Shown here: positions 40,301-52,957 of the stretch, in pieces
How positions within the stretch are numbered: position 1 is the first letter of the stretch
How the letters are laid out: each line of letters begins with the position of its first letter
NCBI GenBank assembly: GCA_964016885.1
Contig: OZ024744.1
Span: forward strand, 108,810,001-108,874,000
Source of the DNA: Eledone cirrhosa
Lineage: Eukaryota
DNA: 64,000 nt
Direction: 5' to 3'
Notes under the pieces: model-generated
Database searches by the model: none
What the model saw: the letters and a program-made list of their open reading frames with translations, nothing else
Told to the model about the DNA's origin: nothing
Made by a program: the position numbers and the translations under genes

Positions 40301-43300
40301 GCTCAAGAAGCAGTATAAAGACATTAACTTCTGCTCAAGAAGCAATATAAAGACATTGTCTTCTGCTCAAGAAGCAATATAAAGACATTGTCTTCTGCTC
40401 AAGAAGCAATATAAAGACATTGTCTTCTGCTCAAGAAGCAGTATAAAGACATTATCTTCTGCTCAAGAAGCAGTATAAAGACATTATCGTCTGCTCAAGA
40501 AGCAATATAAAGATACTGTTGTCTGCTCAAGAAGCAGTATAAAGACATTGTCTTCTGCTCAAGAAGCAATATAAAGACATTGTCGTCTGCTCAAGAAGCA
40601 GTATAAAGACATTGTCTTCTGCTCAAGAAGCAATATAAAGACATTGTCTTCTGCTCAAGAAGCAATATAAAGACATTGTCTTCTGCTCAAGAAGCAATAT
40701 AAAGACATTGTCTTCTGCTCAAGAAGCAGTATAAAGACATTATCTTCTGCTCAAGAAGCAGTATAAAGACATTATCGTCTGCTCAAGAAGCAGTATAAAG
40801 ACATTGTCTTCTGCTCAAGAAGCAGTATAAAGACATTGTCGTCTGCTCAAGAAGCAGTATAAAGACATTGTCGTCTGCTCAAGAAGCAGTATAAAGACAT
40901 TGTCTTCTGCTCAAGAAGCAATATAAAGACACTGTTGTCTGCTCAAGAAGCAGTATAAAGACATTGTCTTCTGCTCAAGAAGCAATATAAAGACATTGTC
41001 GGCTGCTCAAGAAGCAGTATAAAGACATTGTCGTCTGCTCAAGAAGCAGTATAAAGACATTGTCTTCTGCTCAAGAAGCAATATAAAGACACTGTTGTCT
41101 GCTCAAGAAGCAGTATAAAGACATTGTCTTCTGCTCAAGAAGCAATATAAAGACATTGTCGTCTGCTCAAGAAGCAGTATAAAGACATTATCGTCTGCTC
41201 AAGAAGCAGTATAAAGACATTGTCTTCTGCTCAAGAAGCAGTATAAAGACATTGTCGTCTGCTCAAGAAGCAGTATAAAGACATTGTCGTCTGCTCAAGA
41301 AGCAGTATAAAGACATTGTCTTCTGCTCAAGAAGCAATATAAAGACACTGTTGTCTGCTCAAGAAGCAGTATAAAGACATTGTCTTCTGCTCAAGAAGCA
41401 ATATAAAGACATTGTCGGCTGCTCAAGAAGCAGTATAAAGACATTGTCGTCTGCTCAAGAAGCAGTATAAAGACATTGTCTTCTGCTCAAGAAGCAATAT
41501 AAAGACACTGTTGTCTGCTCAAGAAGCAGTATAAAGACATTGTCTTCTGCTCAAGAAGCAATATAAAGACATTGTCGTCTGCTCAAGAAGCAGTATAAAG
41601 ACATTGTCTTCTGCTCAAGAAGCAGTATAAAGACATTGTCGTCTGCTCAAGAAGCAGTATAAAGACATTGTCTTCTGCTCAAGAAGCAGTATCAAGACAT
41701 TGTCTTCTGCTCAAGAAGCAGTATAAAGACATTGTCTTCTGCTCAAGAAGCAGTATAAAGACATTGTCGTCTGCTCAAGAAGCAGTATAAAGACATTATC
41801 TTCTGCTCAAGAAGCAATATAAAGACATTGTCTTCTGCTCAAGAAGCAGTATAAAGACATTGTCTTCTGCTCAAGAAGCAGTATCAAGACATTGTCTTCT
41901 GCTCAAGAAGCAGTATAAAGACATTGTCGTCTGCTCAAGAAGCAGTATAAAGACATTATCTTCTGCTCAAGAAGCAATATAAAGACATTGTCTTCTGCTC
42001 AAGAAGCAGTATAAAGACATTGTCTTCTGCTCAAGAAGCAGTATCAAGACATTGTCTTCTGCTCAAGAAGCAGTATAAAGACATTGTCTTCTGCTCAAGA
42101 AGCAATATAAAGACATTGTCTTCTGCTCAAGAAGCAGTATAAAGACATTGTCGTCTGCTCAAGAAGCAGTATAAAGACATTGTCTTCTGCTCAAGAAGCA
42201 ATATAAAGACATTGTCGTCTGCTCAAGAAGCAGTATAAAGACATTGTCTTCTGCTCAAGAAGCAGTATAAAGACATTGTCTTCTGCTCAAAAAGCAATAG
42301 AAAGACATTGTCGTCTGCTCAAGAAGCAGTATAAAGACATTATCTTCTGCTCAAGAAGCAGTATAAAGACATTATCTTCTGCTCAAGAAGCAGTATAAAT
42401 ACATTGTCGTCTGCTCAAGAAGCAATATAAAGACATTGTCTTCTGCTCAAGAAGCAATATAAAGACATTGTCTTCTGCTCAAGAAGCAGTATAAAGACAT
42501 TAACTTCTGCTCAAGAAGCAATATAAAGACATTGTCTTCTGCTCAAGAAGCAATATAAAGACATTGTCTTCTGCTCAAGAAGCAATATAAAGACATTGTC
42601 TTCTGCTCAAGAAGCAGTATAAAGACATTATCTTCTGCTCAAGAAGCAGTATAAAGACATTATCGTCTGCTCAAGAAGCAATATAAAGACACTGTTGTCT
42701 GCTCAAGAAGCAGTATAAAGACATTGTCTTCTGCTCAAGAAGCAATATAAAGACATTGTCGTCTGCTCAAGAAGCAGTATAAAGACATTGTCTTCTGCTC
42801 AAGAAGCAATATAAAGACATTGTCTTCTGCTCAAGAAGCAATATAAAGACATTGTCTTCTGCTCAAGAAGCAATATAAAGACATTGTCTTCTGCTCAAGA
42901 AGCAGTATAAAGACATTATCTTCTGCTCAAGAAGCAGTATAAAGACATTATCGTCTGCTCAAGAAGCAGTATAAAGACATTGTCTTCTGCTCAAGAAGCA
43001 GTATAAAGACATTGTCGTCTGCTCAAGAAGCAGTATAAAGACATTGTCGTCTGCTCAAGAAGCAGTATAAAGACATTGTCTTCTGCTCAAGAAGCAATAT
43101 AAAGACACTGTTGTCTGCTCAAGAAGCAGTATAAAGACATTGTCTTCTGCTCAAGAAGCAATATAAAGACATTGTCGGCTGCTCAAGAAGCAGTATAAAG
43201 ACATTGTCGTCTGCTCAAGAAGCAGTATAAAGACATTGTCTTCTGCTCAAGAAGCAATATAAAGACACTGTTGTCTGCTCAAGAAGCAGTATAAAGACAT

Positions 43301-46300
43301 TGTCTTCTGCTCAAGAAGCAATATAAAGACATTGTCGTCTGCTCAAGAAGCAGTATAAAGACATTATCGTCTGCTCAAGAAGCAGTATAAAGACATTGTC
43401 TTCTGCTCAAGAAGCAGTATAAAGACATTGTCGTCTGCTCAAGAAGCAGTATAAAGACATTGTCGTCTGCTCAAGAAGCAGTATAAAGACATTGTCTTCT
43501 GCTCAAGAAGCAATATAAAGACACTGTTGTCTGCTCAAGAAGCAGTATAAAGACATTGTCTTCTGCTCAAGAAGCAATATAAAGACATTGTCGGCTGCTC
43601 AAGAAGCAGTATAAAGACATTGTCGTCTGCTCAAGAAGCAGTATAAAGACATTGTCTTCTGCTCAAGAAGCAATATAAAGACACTGTTGTCTGCTCAAGA
43701 AGCAGTATAAAGACATTGTCTTCTGCTCAAGAAGCAATATAAAGACATTGTCGTCTGCTCAAGAAGCAGTATAAAGACATTGTCTTCTGCTCAAGAAGCA
43801 GTATAAAGACATTGTCGTCTGCTCAAGAAGCAGTATAAAGACATTGTCTTCTGCTCAAGAAGCAGTATCAAGACATTGTCTTCTGCTCAAGAAGCAGTAT
43901 AAAGACATTGTCTTCTGCTCAAGAAGCAGTATAAAGACATTGTCGTCTGCTCAAGAAGCAGTATAAAGACATTATCTTCTGCTCAAGAAGCAATATAAAG
44001 ACATTGTCTTCTGCTCAAGAAGCAGTATAAAGACATTGTCTTCTGCTCAAGAAGCAGTATCAAGACATTGTCTTCTGCTCAAGAAGCAGTATAAAGACAT
44101 TGTCTTCTGCTCAAGAAGCAATATAAAGACATTGTCTTCTGCTCAAGAAGCAGTATAAAGACATTGTCGTCTGCTCAAGAAGCAGTATAAAGACATTGTC
44201 TTCTGCTCAAGAAGCAATATAAAGACATTGTCGTCTGCTCAAGAAGCAGTATAAAGACATTGTCTTCTGCTCAAGAAGCAGTATAAAGACATTGTCTTCT
44301 GCTCAAGAAGCAATAGAAAGACATTGTCGTCTGCTCAAGAAGCAGTATAAAGACATTATCTTCTGCTCAAGAAGCAGTATAAAGACATTATCTTCTGCTC
44401 AAGAAGCAGTATAAATACATTGTCGTCTGCTCAAGAAGCAATATAAAGACATTGTCTTCTGCTCAAGAAGCAATATAAAGACATTGTCTTCTGCTCAAGA
44501 AGCAGTATAAAGACATTATCTTCTGCTCAAGAAGCAATATAAAGACATTGTCTTCTGCTCAAGAAGCAATATAAAGACATTGTCTTCTGCTCAAGAAGCA
44601 ATATAAAGACATTGTCTTCTGCTCAAGAAGCAGTATAAAGACATTATCTTCTGCTCAAGAAGCAGTATAAAGACATTATCGTCTGCTCAAGAAGCAGTAT
44701 AAAGACATTGTCTTCTGCTCAAGAAGCAGTATAAAGACATTGTCGTCTGCTCAAGAAGCAGTATAAAGACATTGTCTTCTGCTCAAGAAGCAATATAAAG
44801 ACACTGTTGTCTGCTCAAGAAGCAGTATAAAGACATTGTCTTCTGCTCAAGAAGCAATATAAAGACATTGTCGGCTGCTCAAGAAGCAGTATAAAGACAT
44901 TGTCGTCTGCCCAAGAAGCAGTATAAAGACATTGTCTTCTGCTCAAGAAGCAATATAAAGACACTGTTGTCTGCTCAAGAAGCAGTATAAAGACATTGTC
45001 TTCTGCTCAAGAAGCAATATAAAGACATTGTCGTCTGCTCAAGAAGCAGTATAAAGACATTGTCTTCTGCTCAAGAAGCAGTATAAAGACATTGTATTCT
45101 GCTCAAGAAGCAGTATAAAGACATTGTCGTCTGCTCAAGAAGCAGTATAAAGAAATTATCTTCTGCTCAAGAAGCAATATAAAGACATTGTCTTCTGCTC
45201 AAGAAGCAGTATAAAGACACTGTCTTCTGCTCAAGAAGCAGTATCAAGACATTGTCTTCTGCTCAAGAAGCAGTATAAAGACATTGTCTTCTGCTCAAGA
45301 AGCAATATAAAGACATTGTCTTCTGCTCAAGAAGCAGTATAAAGACATTGTCGTCTGCTCAAGAAGCAGTATAAAGACATTGTCTTCTGCTCAAGAAGCA
45401 GTATAAAGACATTGTCTTCTGCTCAAGAAGCAATAGAAAGACATTGTCGTCTGCTCAAGAAGCAGTATAAAGACATTATCTTCTGCTCAAGAAGCAGTAT
45501 AAAGACATTATCTTCTGCTCAAGAAGCAGTATAAATACATTGTCGTCTGCTCAAGAAGCAATATAAAGACATTGTCTTCTGCTCAAGAAGCAATATAAAG
45601 ACATTGTCTTCTGCTCAAGAAGCAGTATAAAGACATTATCTTCTGCTCAAGAAGCAATATAAAGACATTGTCTTCTGCTCAAGAAGCAATATAAAGACAT
45701 TGTCTTGTGCTCAAGAAGCAATATAAAGACATTGTCTTCTGCTCAAGAAGCAGTATAAAGACATTATCTTCTGCTCAAGAAGCAGTATAAAGACATTATC
45801 GTCTGCTCAAGAAGCAGTATAAAGACATTGTCTTCTGCTCAAGAAGCAGTATAAAGACATTGTCGTCTGCTCAAGAAGCAGTATAAAGACATTGTCGTCT
45901 GCTCAAGAAGCAGTATAAAGACATTGTCTTCTGCTCAAGAAGCAATATAAAGACACTGTTGTCTGCTCAAGAAGCAGTATAAAGACATTGTCTTCTGCTC
46001 AAGAAGCAATATAAAGACATTGTCGGCTGCTCAAGAAGCAGTATAAAGACATTGTCGTCTGCTCAAGAAGCAGTATAAAGACATTGTCTTCTGCTCAAGA
46101 AGCAATATAAAGACACTGTTGTCTGCTCAAAAAGCAGTATAAAGACATTGTCTTCTGCTCAAGAAGCAATATAAAGACATTGTCGTCTGCTCAAGAAGCA
46201 ATATAAAGACATTGTCTTCTGCTCAAGAAGCAATATAAAGACATTGTCTTCTGCTCAAGAAGCATTATAAAGACATTGTCTTCTGCTCAAGAAGCAGTAT

Positions 46301-46340
46301 AAAGACATTGTCTTCTGCTCAAGAATCAGTATAAAGACAT
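28384..46340. repeat. 32-bp tandem satellite (GACATTGTCTTCTGCTCAAGAAGCAGTATAAA)n, 561 units
   Basis: First GACAT at 28384 and last at 46336; the difference of 17952 equals 561 x 32. Variation seen is substitutions only. Confidence 0.99.
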
Positions 46341-46659
46341 AAAAGACCCTAAAAACATTTAATGTCAACCCGCAGCAATGGACCTACTTTTCTACTGACC
46401 GAAATGCTTGGCGCATTCGAGACAAACCATCGTGTAAGCCAGGAGGAGAGAGCTGGGAAGGGTTGGGTGAGGATGGAGCAAAGCGAAACAAAGATATTTC
46501 GCTTGGTGTGTATATGTAAGTTTCGGACGCTAGTCCTTCAGCAGAAAATAGAATGAGAAATTAAAGAAGAAATAGAAAGATAGAGGAGAGTGAGGAGGGG
46601 AAGAAAGGAATAAAATTTCTTTATGAAAAATAGCTGAACTATTCATTTCGCCATCACTT

Positions 46660-46768
<109 letters not shown>

Positions 46769-46930
46769 ACATCTCGCGAAATGTTAAGGGAAGTTCAGGT
46801 ATATTTAGCACACCTTGAATATAAATTGAGAGCAACGATTGATAAATATTTACAAAATAGGTAAAAAAAATGAATAAATAAAATAGAAGAAACAGACTGA
46901 CAGTAGGCAGATTGACAGGGGACAGATAGA

Positions 46931-47211
46931 TATGTTTCCTTATTTGCCACAAGGGTGTACATTACAAGAAATGGGACATTACAAGACGTGACGGCAGGGT
47001 TTTACATGAAATCGTATAAACTTTAACATTAATAAATTAAAATAAACTATATATTAGAAATTAACAATTGAAATCCCCAATAGGGGGTGGGGGCGTTACT
47101 TCAGGGTTGTTTTACACCCCGTGGATAGAAGAACCCTCAACACCAGGAGCACGTTTTGTAGGTGTTCCCGTCTTCCCTCTTGTTGTCTTGCTCAACCTAC
47201 AGGTTTATATA
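46931..47211 (-). mobile_element. Tx1 copy D (3' UTR, copy-A subfamily)
   Basis: Colinear with 12211-12560. Preceded on the plus strand by GACAGATAGA. Confidence 0.9.
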
Positions 47212-47215
47212 AGAT

Positions 47216-47419
47216 AACTTTCTTTTTATTTGCCACCAGGGCATCAAAGAGTGGGACAAGTACATTGGGGGGAGTTTACATAACAAGGCGTCCTCAATAA
47301 GGAGGAGGCAATAACAAGATATAACAAAAAATATATAAAATATAACAAAAATAAATTTAATAACAAAATCCTCAATAGGGAGGAGGCGCCTTGGGGGGTC
47401 GCACACACCCCCGAAAAAA
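47216..47419 (-). mobile_element. Tx1 copy E (partial 3' UTR, divergent subfamily)
   Basis: Shares the TTTATTTGCCAC..GGGC, CAATAGGG and CACCCCCG motifs. 5' break lies at TAGATAGATAGATA. Confidence 0.75.
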
Positions 47420-47432
47420 TAGATAGATAGAT

Positions 47433-47669
47433 AAATTCCTTTATTAGCCACAAGGGCACAAAAGAAGGGGACAAATACAAATGGGGACTTTACATACAGG
47501 TATATGAAAATAAAACTATTAATAAAATAACAAATAACAATTGAAATCCCCAATGGGGGGAGGCGTTACACAGGGGTTGTACACACCCCGAAAAAAATGT
47601 ACAACCCTCATCTCCAGGAGCACCAAGAGTGAGTACTCCCTTCCTCTCTTCCTCTTTTTCCTCAACAGG

Positions 47670-47675
<6 letters not shown>
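47433..47675 (-). mobile_element. Tx1 copy F (3' UTR)
   Basis: Same motif order as the other copies. Flanked by TAGA repeats and a TA/TAGA tract. Confidence 0.85.
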
Positions 47676-47703
<28 letters not shown>

Positions 47704-47727
47704 TATATGAATAAATAGATAAATAGA

Positions 47728-48427
47728 TATATTTCTTTATTAGCCACAGGGGCACAAAAGAAGGGGACAAATACAAAGGGGGAAGTTTACATACAATAAA
47801 AACGTGTAAAATGTTATCACAAATGGAATTTAAAAGTTAGTCGATTTTCCCCAATAGAGGGAGACAGTTTATATGGGTAACACATACCCCCGAAAAAAAA
47901 TGTGCAACCCTCATCTCCAGGAGTACGAAGAGTTTGTACTCCTTTCCTCTCCTCCTCCTTTTCCTCAACCTACAGGCTGATATAGAGAGAAGGCCCATTC
48001 ACTCGGGCCATTCTCGCCGCTTTCACCCACCTTTCATAAAACTTGCTGGGGTACAGCACCTCTCTCTCCATCCTGATTCTTCTTCCAAAGTGGTATTTGA
48101 AAAAAAGAATCAGTTGTTGGCCGGAGAGAAAGGTGTCTGACCTCAGCCCTTTCAACCTTGTCCACCATACAACCTCTTTCGCCATAGCTATCACACAAAG
48201 GAAAACCGCCTCTCCTTCGTTTTTGAAGGAGGGTGGCGGTTTGATCATGACAATGGACTCGGTGGTCAACTGGATTGGTCCCACCCGCGACAATAGTCGT
48301 TCTACATAGCCCCACAGGTCAGTGACGCCCGGGCAGTGTATGAATGCGTGCGCGACGGTTTCTTCGTCTCGCACGCACCTCGGACAGATCTTTTTTGCAG
48401 GGTCCCTGCCCGGGCGCCCATGTCTGT
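47728..48427 (-). mobile_element. Tx1 copy G (ORF2 CCHC end plus 3' UTR)
   Basis: YRHGRPGRDPAKKICPRCVRDEETVAHAFIHC...GPSLYISL*. 5' break adjoins a long (ATAG)n at 48429-48527. Confidence 0.92.
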
Positions 48428-48428
48428 A

Positions 48429-48528
<100 letters not shown>

Positions 48529-48587
48529 GCGGACATGTAAGACAGGTAGACAGACAGACAGGTAGACAGACAGACAGATAGACAGAT

Positions 48588-48928
48588 ACATTTCTTTATT
48601 AGCCACAAGGACGCACAAGAAAAGGTGACAATACAAAGACATGCCGGGGATTTTACATACAGTTGTGTAAAAAATATAAAAAAACAAACAATTACAACAA
48701 TGGAAATCCCCAATAGGGGGGAGGCGTCACAAATGGGTTGTTTAATACCCCGTCGATAGAACAACCCTCAACTCCAGGAGCGTGTTGTGCAAGTGCTCCT
48801 TTCTTCCTTTTGCTCTCTTCCTCAACCTACAGGCTTATATACAGAGAAGGCCCAATCACTCGGGCCATTTTCGCTTCATTCACCCACCTTTCAGTAAATT
48901 TACTGGGGTGCAGTGCCTCTCTCTCCAC
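48588..48928 (-). mobile_element. Tx1 copy H (copy-B subfamily 3' end)
   Basis: Near-identical to 17341-17680. 5' break adjoins AGATAGACAGATA. Confidence 0.92.
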
Positions 48929-50159
48929 AGATAGACAGATAAATAGGCAAACCGACACACAGGTAGACAAAGATATTTCTCATGTGCCGTAACCAGTTTA
49001 ATTTTCTTTAAAAATACATAAAACTAAACAAGAAAAACACTCGGAAAGAAGAAATAAGAAGAAATAAGAAACAAGTACAAATAATTATAATTATTCAGTT
49101 GATATAATTAGCAAGTTTATATGTAAAACAGAATATAAATTAATCGCTGTACTTTTCCACCTTTTGCCTTCTTCCTTCTGTCTTTAAAGGTGTGTTAGTT
49201 TGTGTGTGAGTGTGTCTATATATATATATGTGTGTGTAAGTGTGTGTATGTGTGAGTATGTGTATGTGTGTGTAGTAGTATGTCTGTATTTACGTCTGTG
49301 TATGTTTGTGCGTATGTGTGTGTGTGTGTCTGTATTTACGTCTCTGTGTGTGTATGTGTGAGTGCGTATGTCTCTGTGTGTATGTCTGTCTGTGTGTGTG
49401 TGTGTATGTGTTTGTGTGTGTGTGTGTAGTTGTATGTCTGTATTTACGTCTCTGTGTATGTTTGAGTGTGTGTGCGCGTGTATATCTATGTACACGTAAT
49501 TACGTGTTTGTGTACCTCTAAATGCGTGTGTGCAAGTGTATTGCGTGATTGTGTGTCAACGTGTGTGTATGTAAATGACTATGTGTGTGTGTGTGTGTGT
49601 TATAATTTATGTATAGTCTTTAAATTGAAAATTAAAAGGTGAAATCTCCCCACCCCCACCGTCACGCCTTCCAAATATAGAGGGCGGCGGCGGTGTGGGA
49701 GGAGGAGGAGGAGGAGGAGGAGGGATATAACACCCACACACGTACAGAACTTGTGACGTCAATTGAGAAGACTGCGAAAAGTTACTTTCTCTACTGCTTC
49801 CGTCATACAAGTGTAGCGTTCACACACATACGTGTACACACATACGTATACACATACGTAAACACATACGTGTACACATACGTAAACACATACGTACCAA
49901 CAGAAATGCCTATACTTATATATATATAGGTATAGTTATATATATATAGGTATAGTTATATATATATAGGTAGAGTTATATATATATATATAGGTAGAGT
50001 TATATATATATAAGTATAGTTATATATATATATATAAGTAGAGTTATATATATATAAGTATAGTTATATATATATAAGTATAGTTATATATATATAGGTA
50101 GAGTTATATATATATAAGTATAGTTATATATATATAAGTATAGTTATATATATATAAGT

Positions 50160-50803
50160 GTTATGTCAGGTCACCAGTTGGTGCTACTGGTAACATGTAT
50201 CCCAGTACAACCTGTCTCATGGTCGGGTCGTTGGCGACTAAACTGGCAACCCCACCAAGGTTTCTTGGTGAGGAGGGTGACTTTGGACATCCTGCAGGAC
50301 TAAAAACAAAACCTGTCAAAAGGGCAAAGGAGCTCTTAAGAGTCAATGGCCATCCAAAATCACCGGGAGAGATGACCCCTTTAGCCTTAGTCAAGGCAGA
50401 ATTCTAGGAGAAGGAAAACTCTGATATAACACCTGCAACCCTGATGGTATCCAATGATGTTGACTTGTTCTTCTTTTTGGTAAATAGCATCTTGGTTAAG
50501 AGAGTGGGACTGGCTTTGTGCAGTGCCTTTGCTCACTATAAAAGCTTCACGGCACAGGCATTGCTTTATATCTGGAGATCTCTCTGCACTTGTCCTCACA
50601 TGGGCCCAGCACTATGTGTCAATAGTTGTCCTACCATGGGCCTAGCACTATGTGTCAATGATTGTCACAGGTGTAGTGTTTGTACCAGAGGTTTCAAGTC
50701 GCTGGCTGGACTAAAAAGTCACACTCGTTCAGCGCTTCGGTAGGGGTTATCCTACATGGATGTAAAGTAGTGGCCGTACTCGAAAACGAGTTGGCAGCCA
50801 CCA
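50160..50803 (+). mobile_element. Internally deleted non-autonomous RTE-clade-like element
   Basis: 3' part encodes CSVCTRGFKSLAGLKSHTRS, resembling the C-terminal zinc finger of RTE ORFs. Structured 5' leader. ATATATATAAGT on both flanks. Confidence 0.65.
50169..50246 (+). ncRNA. Candidate HDV-like ribozyme at the element 5' end
   Basis: P1 GGTCA/TGGTC (with wobbles), P2 CCAGT/ACTGG, CC..GG P1.1, P4 GTCG-TTGG-CGAC, CTAA before P2'. P3 is imperfect. Confidence 0.45.
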
Positions 50804-51134
50804 TATATATAAGTATAGTTATATATATATATAAGTAGAGTTATATATATATAGGTAGAGTTATATATATATAAGTATAGTTATATATATATATAAGTAG
50901 AGTTATATATATATAAGTAGAGTTATATATATATTGATATAGTTATATATATATATTGATATAGTTATATATATATATTGGTATAATTATATATATATAT
51001 ATATATTGATATAGTTATACATATATATATATATATATTGGTATAATGGAAAAATTTGAACAGGGACAAAACAGAGAGGCAGTACAACGAATGTTTATTA
51101 ATTTCACGCTCTGGAGAGTGGGGTGTTGGTGGGG

Positions 51135-51168
51135 GACGACGTTTCGGGCATAAGCCCTTCCTCAGGTG
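51135..51168 (-). ncRNA. Minimal hammerhead ribozyme
   Basis: Minus strand: CTGAGGA-AGGGC-TTAT-GCCC-GAAAC-GTC. Stem I is weak. Confidence 0.65.
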
Positions 51169-51493
51169 AGAAATGTGTGGGAACAGAGTTCAAAGGGTGT
51201 GTAGGGGAGTGGTGGAGAGACATATAGCGAAAGGAAACGGTAGGAATGAAAAAAATAAAAATAAAAATAAAAATAAAGCATGATCAAAATACAAGGAATG
51301 AAATAAATTTAAATATAAAAGCATGATCATATATATATATATATATTGATATAGTTATATATATATATATTGGTATAGTTATATATATATATTGATATAG
51401 TTATATATATATATTGGTATAGTTATATATATATATTTCGTTTCTGAATTTGTTTAGCAAGATTCTTTATCTGAAATCGTGTGTTGAAACCGA

Positions 51494-51601
51494 TATTGTT
51501 ATACTTTGGGAGGGTCATGTTGCCAATAATGGGAAAAAAAGCCTATCTGCTTTTTTTTGGTGCGTGTGTTTCTTATTGGCAACATGACCCTCCCAAAGTA
51601 T

Positions 51602-51609
<8 letters not shown>
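51494..51609. repeat. Inverted-repeat element with ~35-bp arms (ATATTGTTATACTTTGGGAGGGTCATGTTGCCAATAA); related copies at 59918-60028 and 56588-56613
   Basis: 51494-51528 is the reverse complement of ~51574-51608. 51435-51528 is the reverse complement of ~59932-60027. Confidence 0.8.
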
Positions 51610-51663
<54 letters not shown>

Positions 51664-51998
51664 GGGGAAGGGGGGGGAAACGCACAATGCTACTATATTT
51701 AAGGGAGAAACCAAACAGGTAAATTGAGAGTAAGAATTTATTGAGGGTTCATTGGACTTTATTTCTTCTCCGTTCAACTTTTCATTTTCCAACTTATTCG
51801 CTGCATATTTTATCGCTCTCTTTTCTGTCGAACCGCTAAGTCGTGAGACAAACGCAGACACAGACACGAGCGAAAATACACATATATATAAGACAGGTTT
51901 CTGCAGTTTCTGTCTACCAAATTCCACTCATAAGACATTGTAAAAGTGGAGGCTACACAGAAGCAGATTATTGCAAAGAACCCCCCCCCCGCTCCACC

Positions 51999-52049
<51 letters not shown>

Positions 52050-52052
52050 ACG

Positions 52053-52084
<32 letters not shown>

Positions 52085-52124
52085 CATACATTCATACATA
52101 CATATGTATATAATTATATATATA

Positions 52125-52163
<39 letters not shown>

Positions 52164-52229
52164 GTGTGCGCGCGTGTGTGTGTATGTGTGTGCGCGCGTG
52201 TGTGTGTATGTGTGTGTGTGTGTGTGTGC

Positions 52230-52269
<40 letters not shown>

Positions 52270-52437
52270 GCACACACATACATACACACATACGTACGCA
52301 TACATACATATATACATACATATATACATACATTCATACATACATATGTATATAATTATATATATAATTGTGTGTGTGTGTGCGCGCGCGCGTGTGTGTA
52401 TGTGTGTGCGCGCGTGTGTGTGTATGTGTGTGTGTGC

Positions 52438-52478
<41 letters not shown>

Positions 52479-52663
52479 TAAAAGGAAAAGAAAATGCTGA
52501 CAGATTTTTCCCAGTGAAAAATAGTTTAATTAGGAATAAGTAAAAATTATAGTAATAAGTATTGGTTAGTATTCAGTTTTAGTTTTAAGTTTTTATTGGT
52601 TGCGCATTTCTAATGCTTTTCAAAAATAATTTTGAGATAGAGCGCCCGTGATGTTTGTTCTAA

Positions 52664-52698
<35 letters not shown>

Positions 52699-52699
<1 letters not shown>

Positions 52700-52863
52700 A
52701 TTGTTTCTACTTTTGGCACAGGGCCAGCAATTCCACAGTACATTACTGGTACTTTATTTTATCGACCCCGTGAGTTAACCTCAACGGGATTTGAACTCAG
52801 ACCGTAAAGGGACGTAACTATGCTGGAAAGCATGGTGTCCGACCCTTTACCGATACTGCCAAT
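52699..52863 (-). mobile_element. Nin/Deu-core SINE with internal deletion
   Basis: Same family as 10018-10192. Confidence 0.85.
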
Positions 52864-52896
52864 TCAACATGGAAAATATCTTTATAAAACCATATT

Positions 52897-52957
52897 TATT
52901 TTATTATACATATTTCAAGGGTACCAATATTTTGGTACGCTATCGTCAGATAAAATA
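52897..52957 (-). ncRNA. Type I hammerhead ribozyme
   Basis: Minus strand: TATTTTAT-CTGACGA-TAGCGTACCAA-AATA-TTGGTACCCTT-GAAATATGTATA-ATAAAATA. Same stem I as 24085. Confidence 0.75.

Larger units (their letters stand above)
49915..51436. repeat. TA-rich minisatellite (TATATATATAAGTATAGT-like) interrupted by two insertions
   Basis: Blocks at 49915-50159, 50804-51045 and 51330-51436. Confidence 0.85.

Noticed and set aside
28384-46340. CRISPR-like array (32-bp partly palindromic repeat)
   Set aside because: Units are directly adjacent with no unique spacers, there are no cas genes, and the context is eukaryotic.
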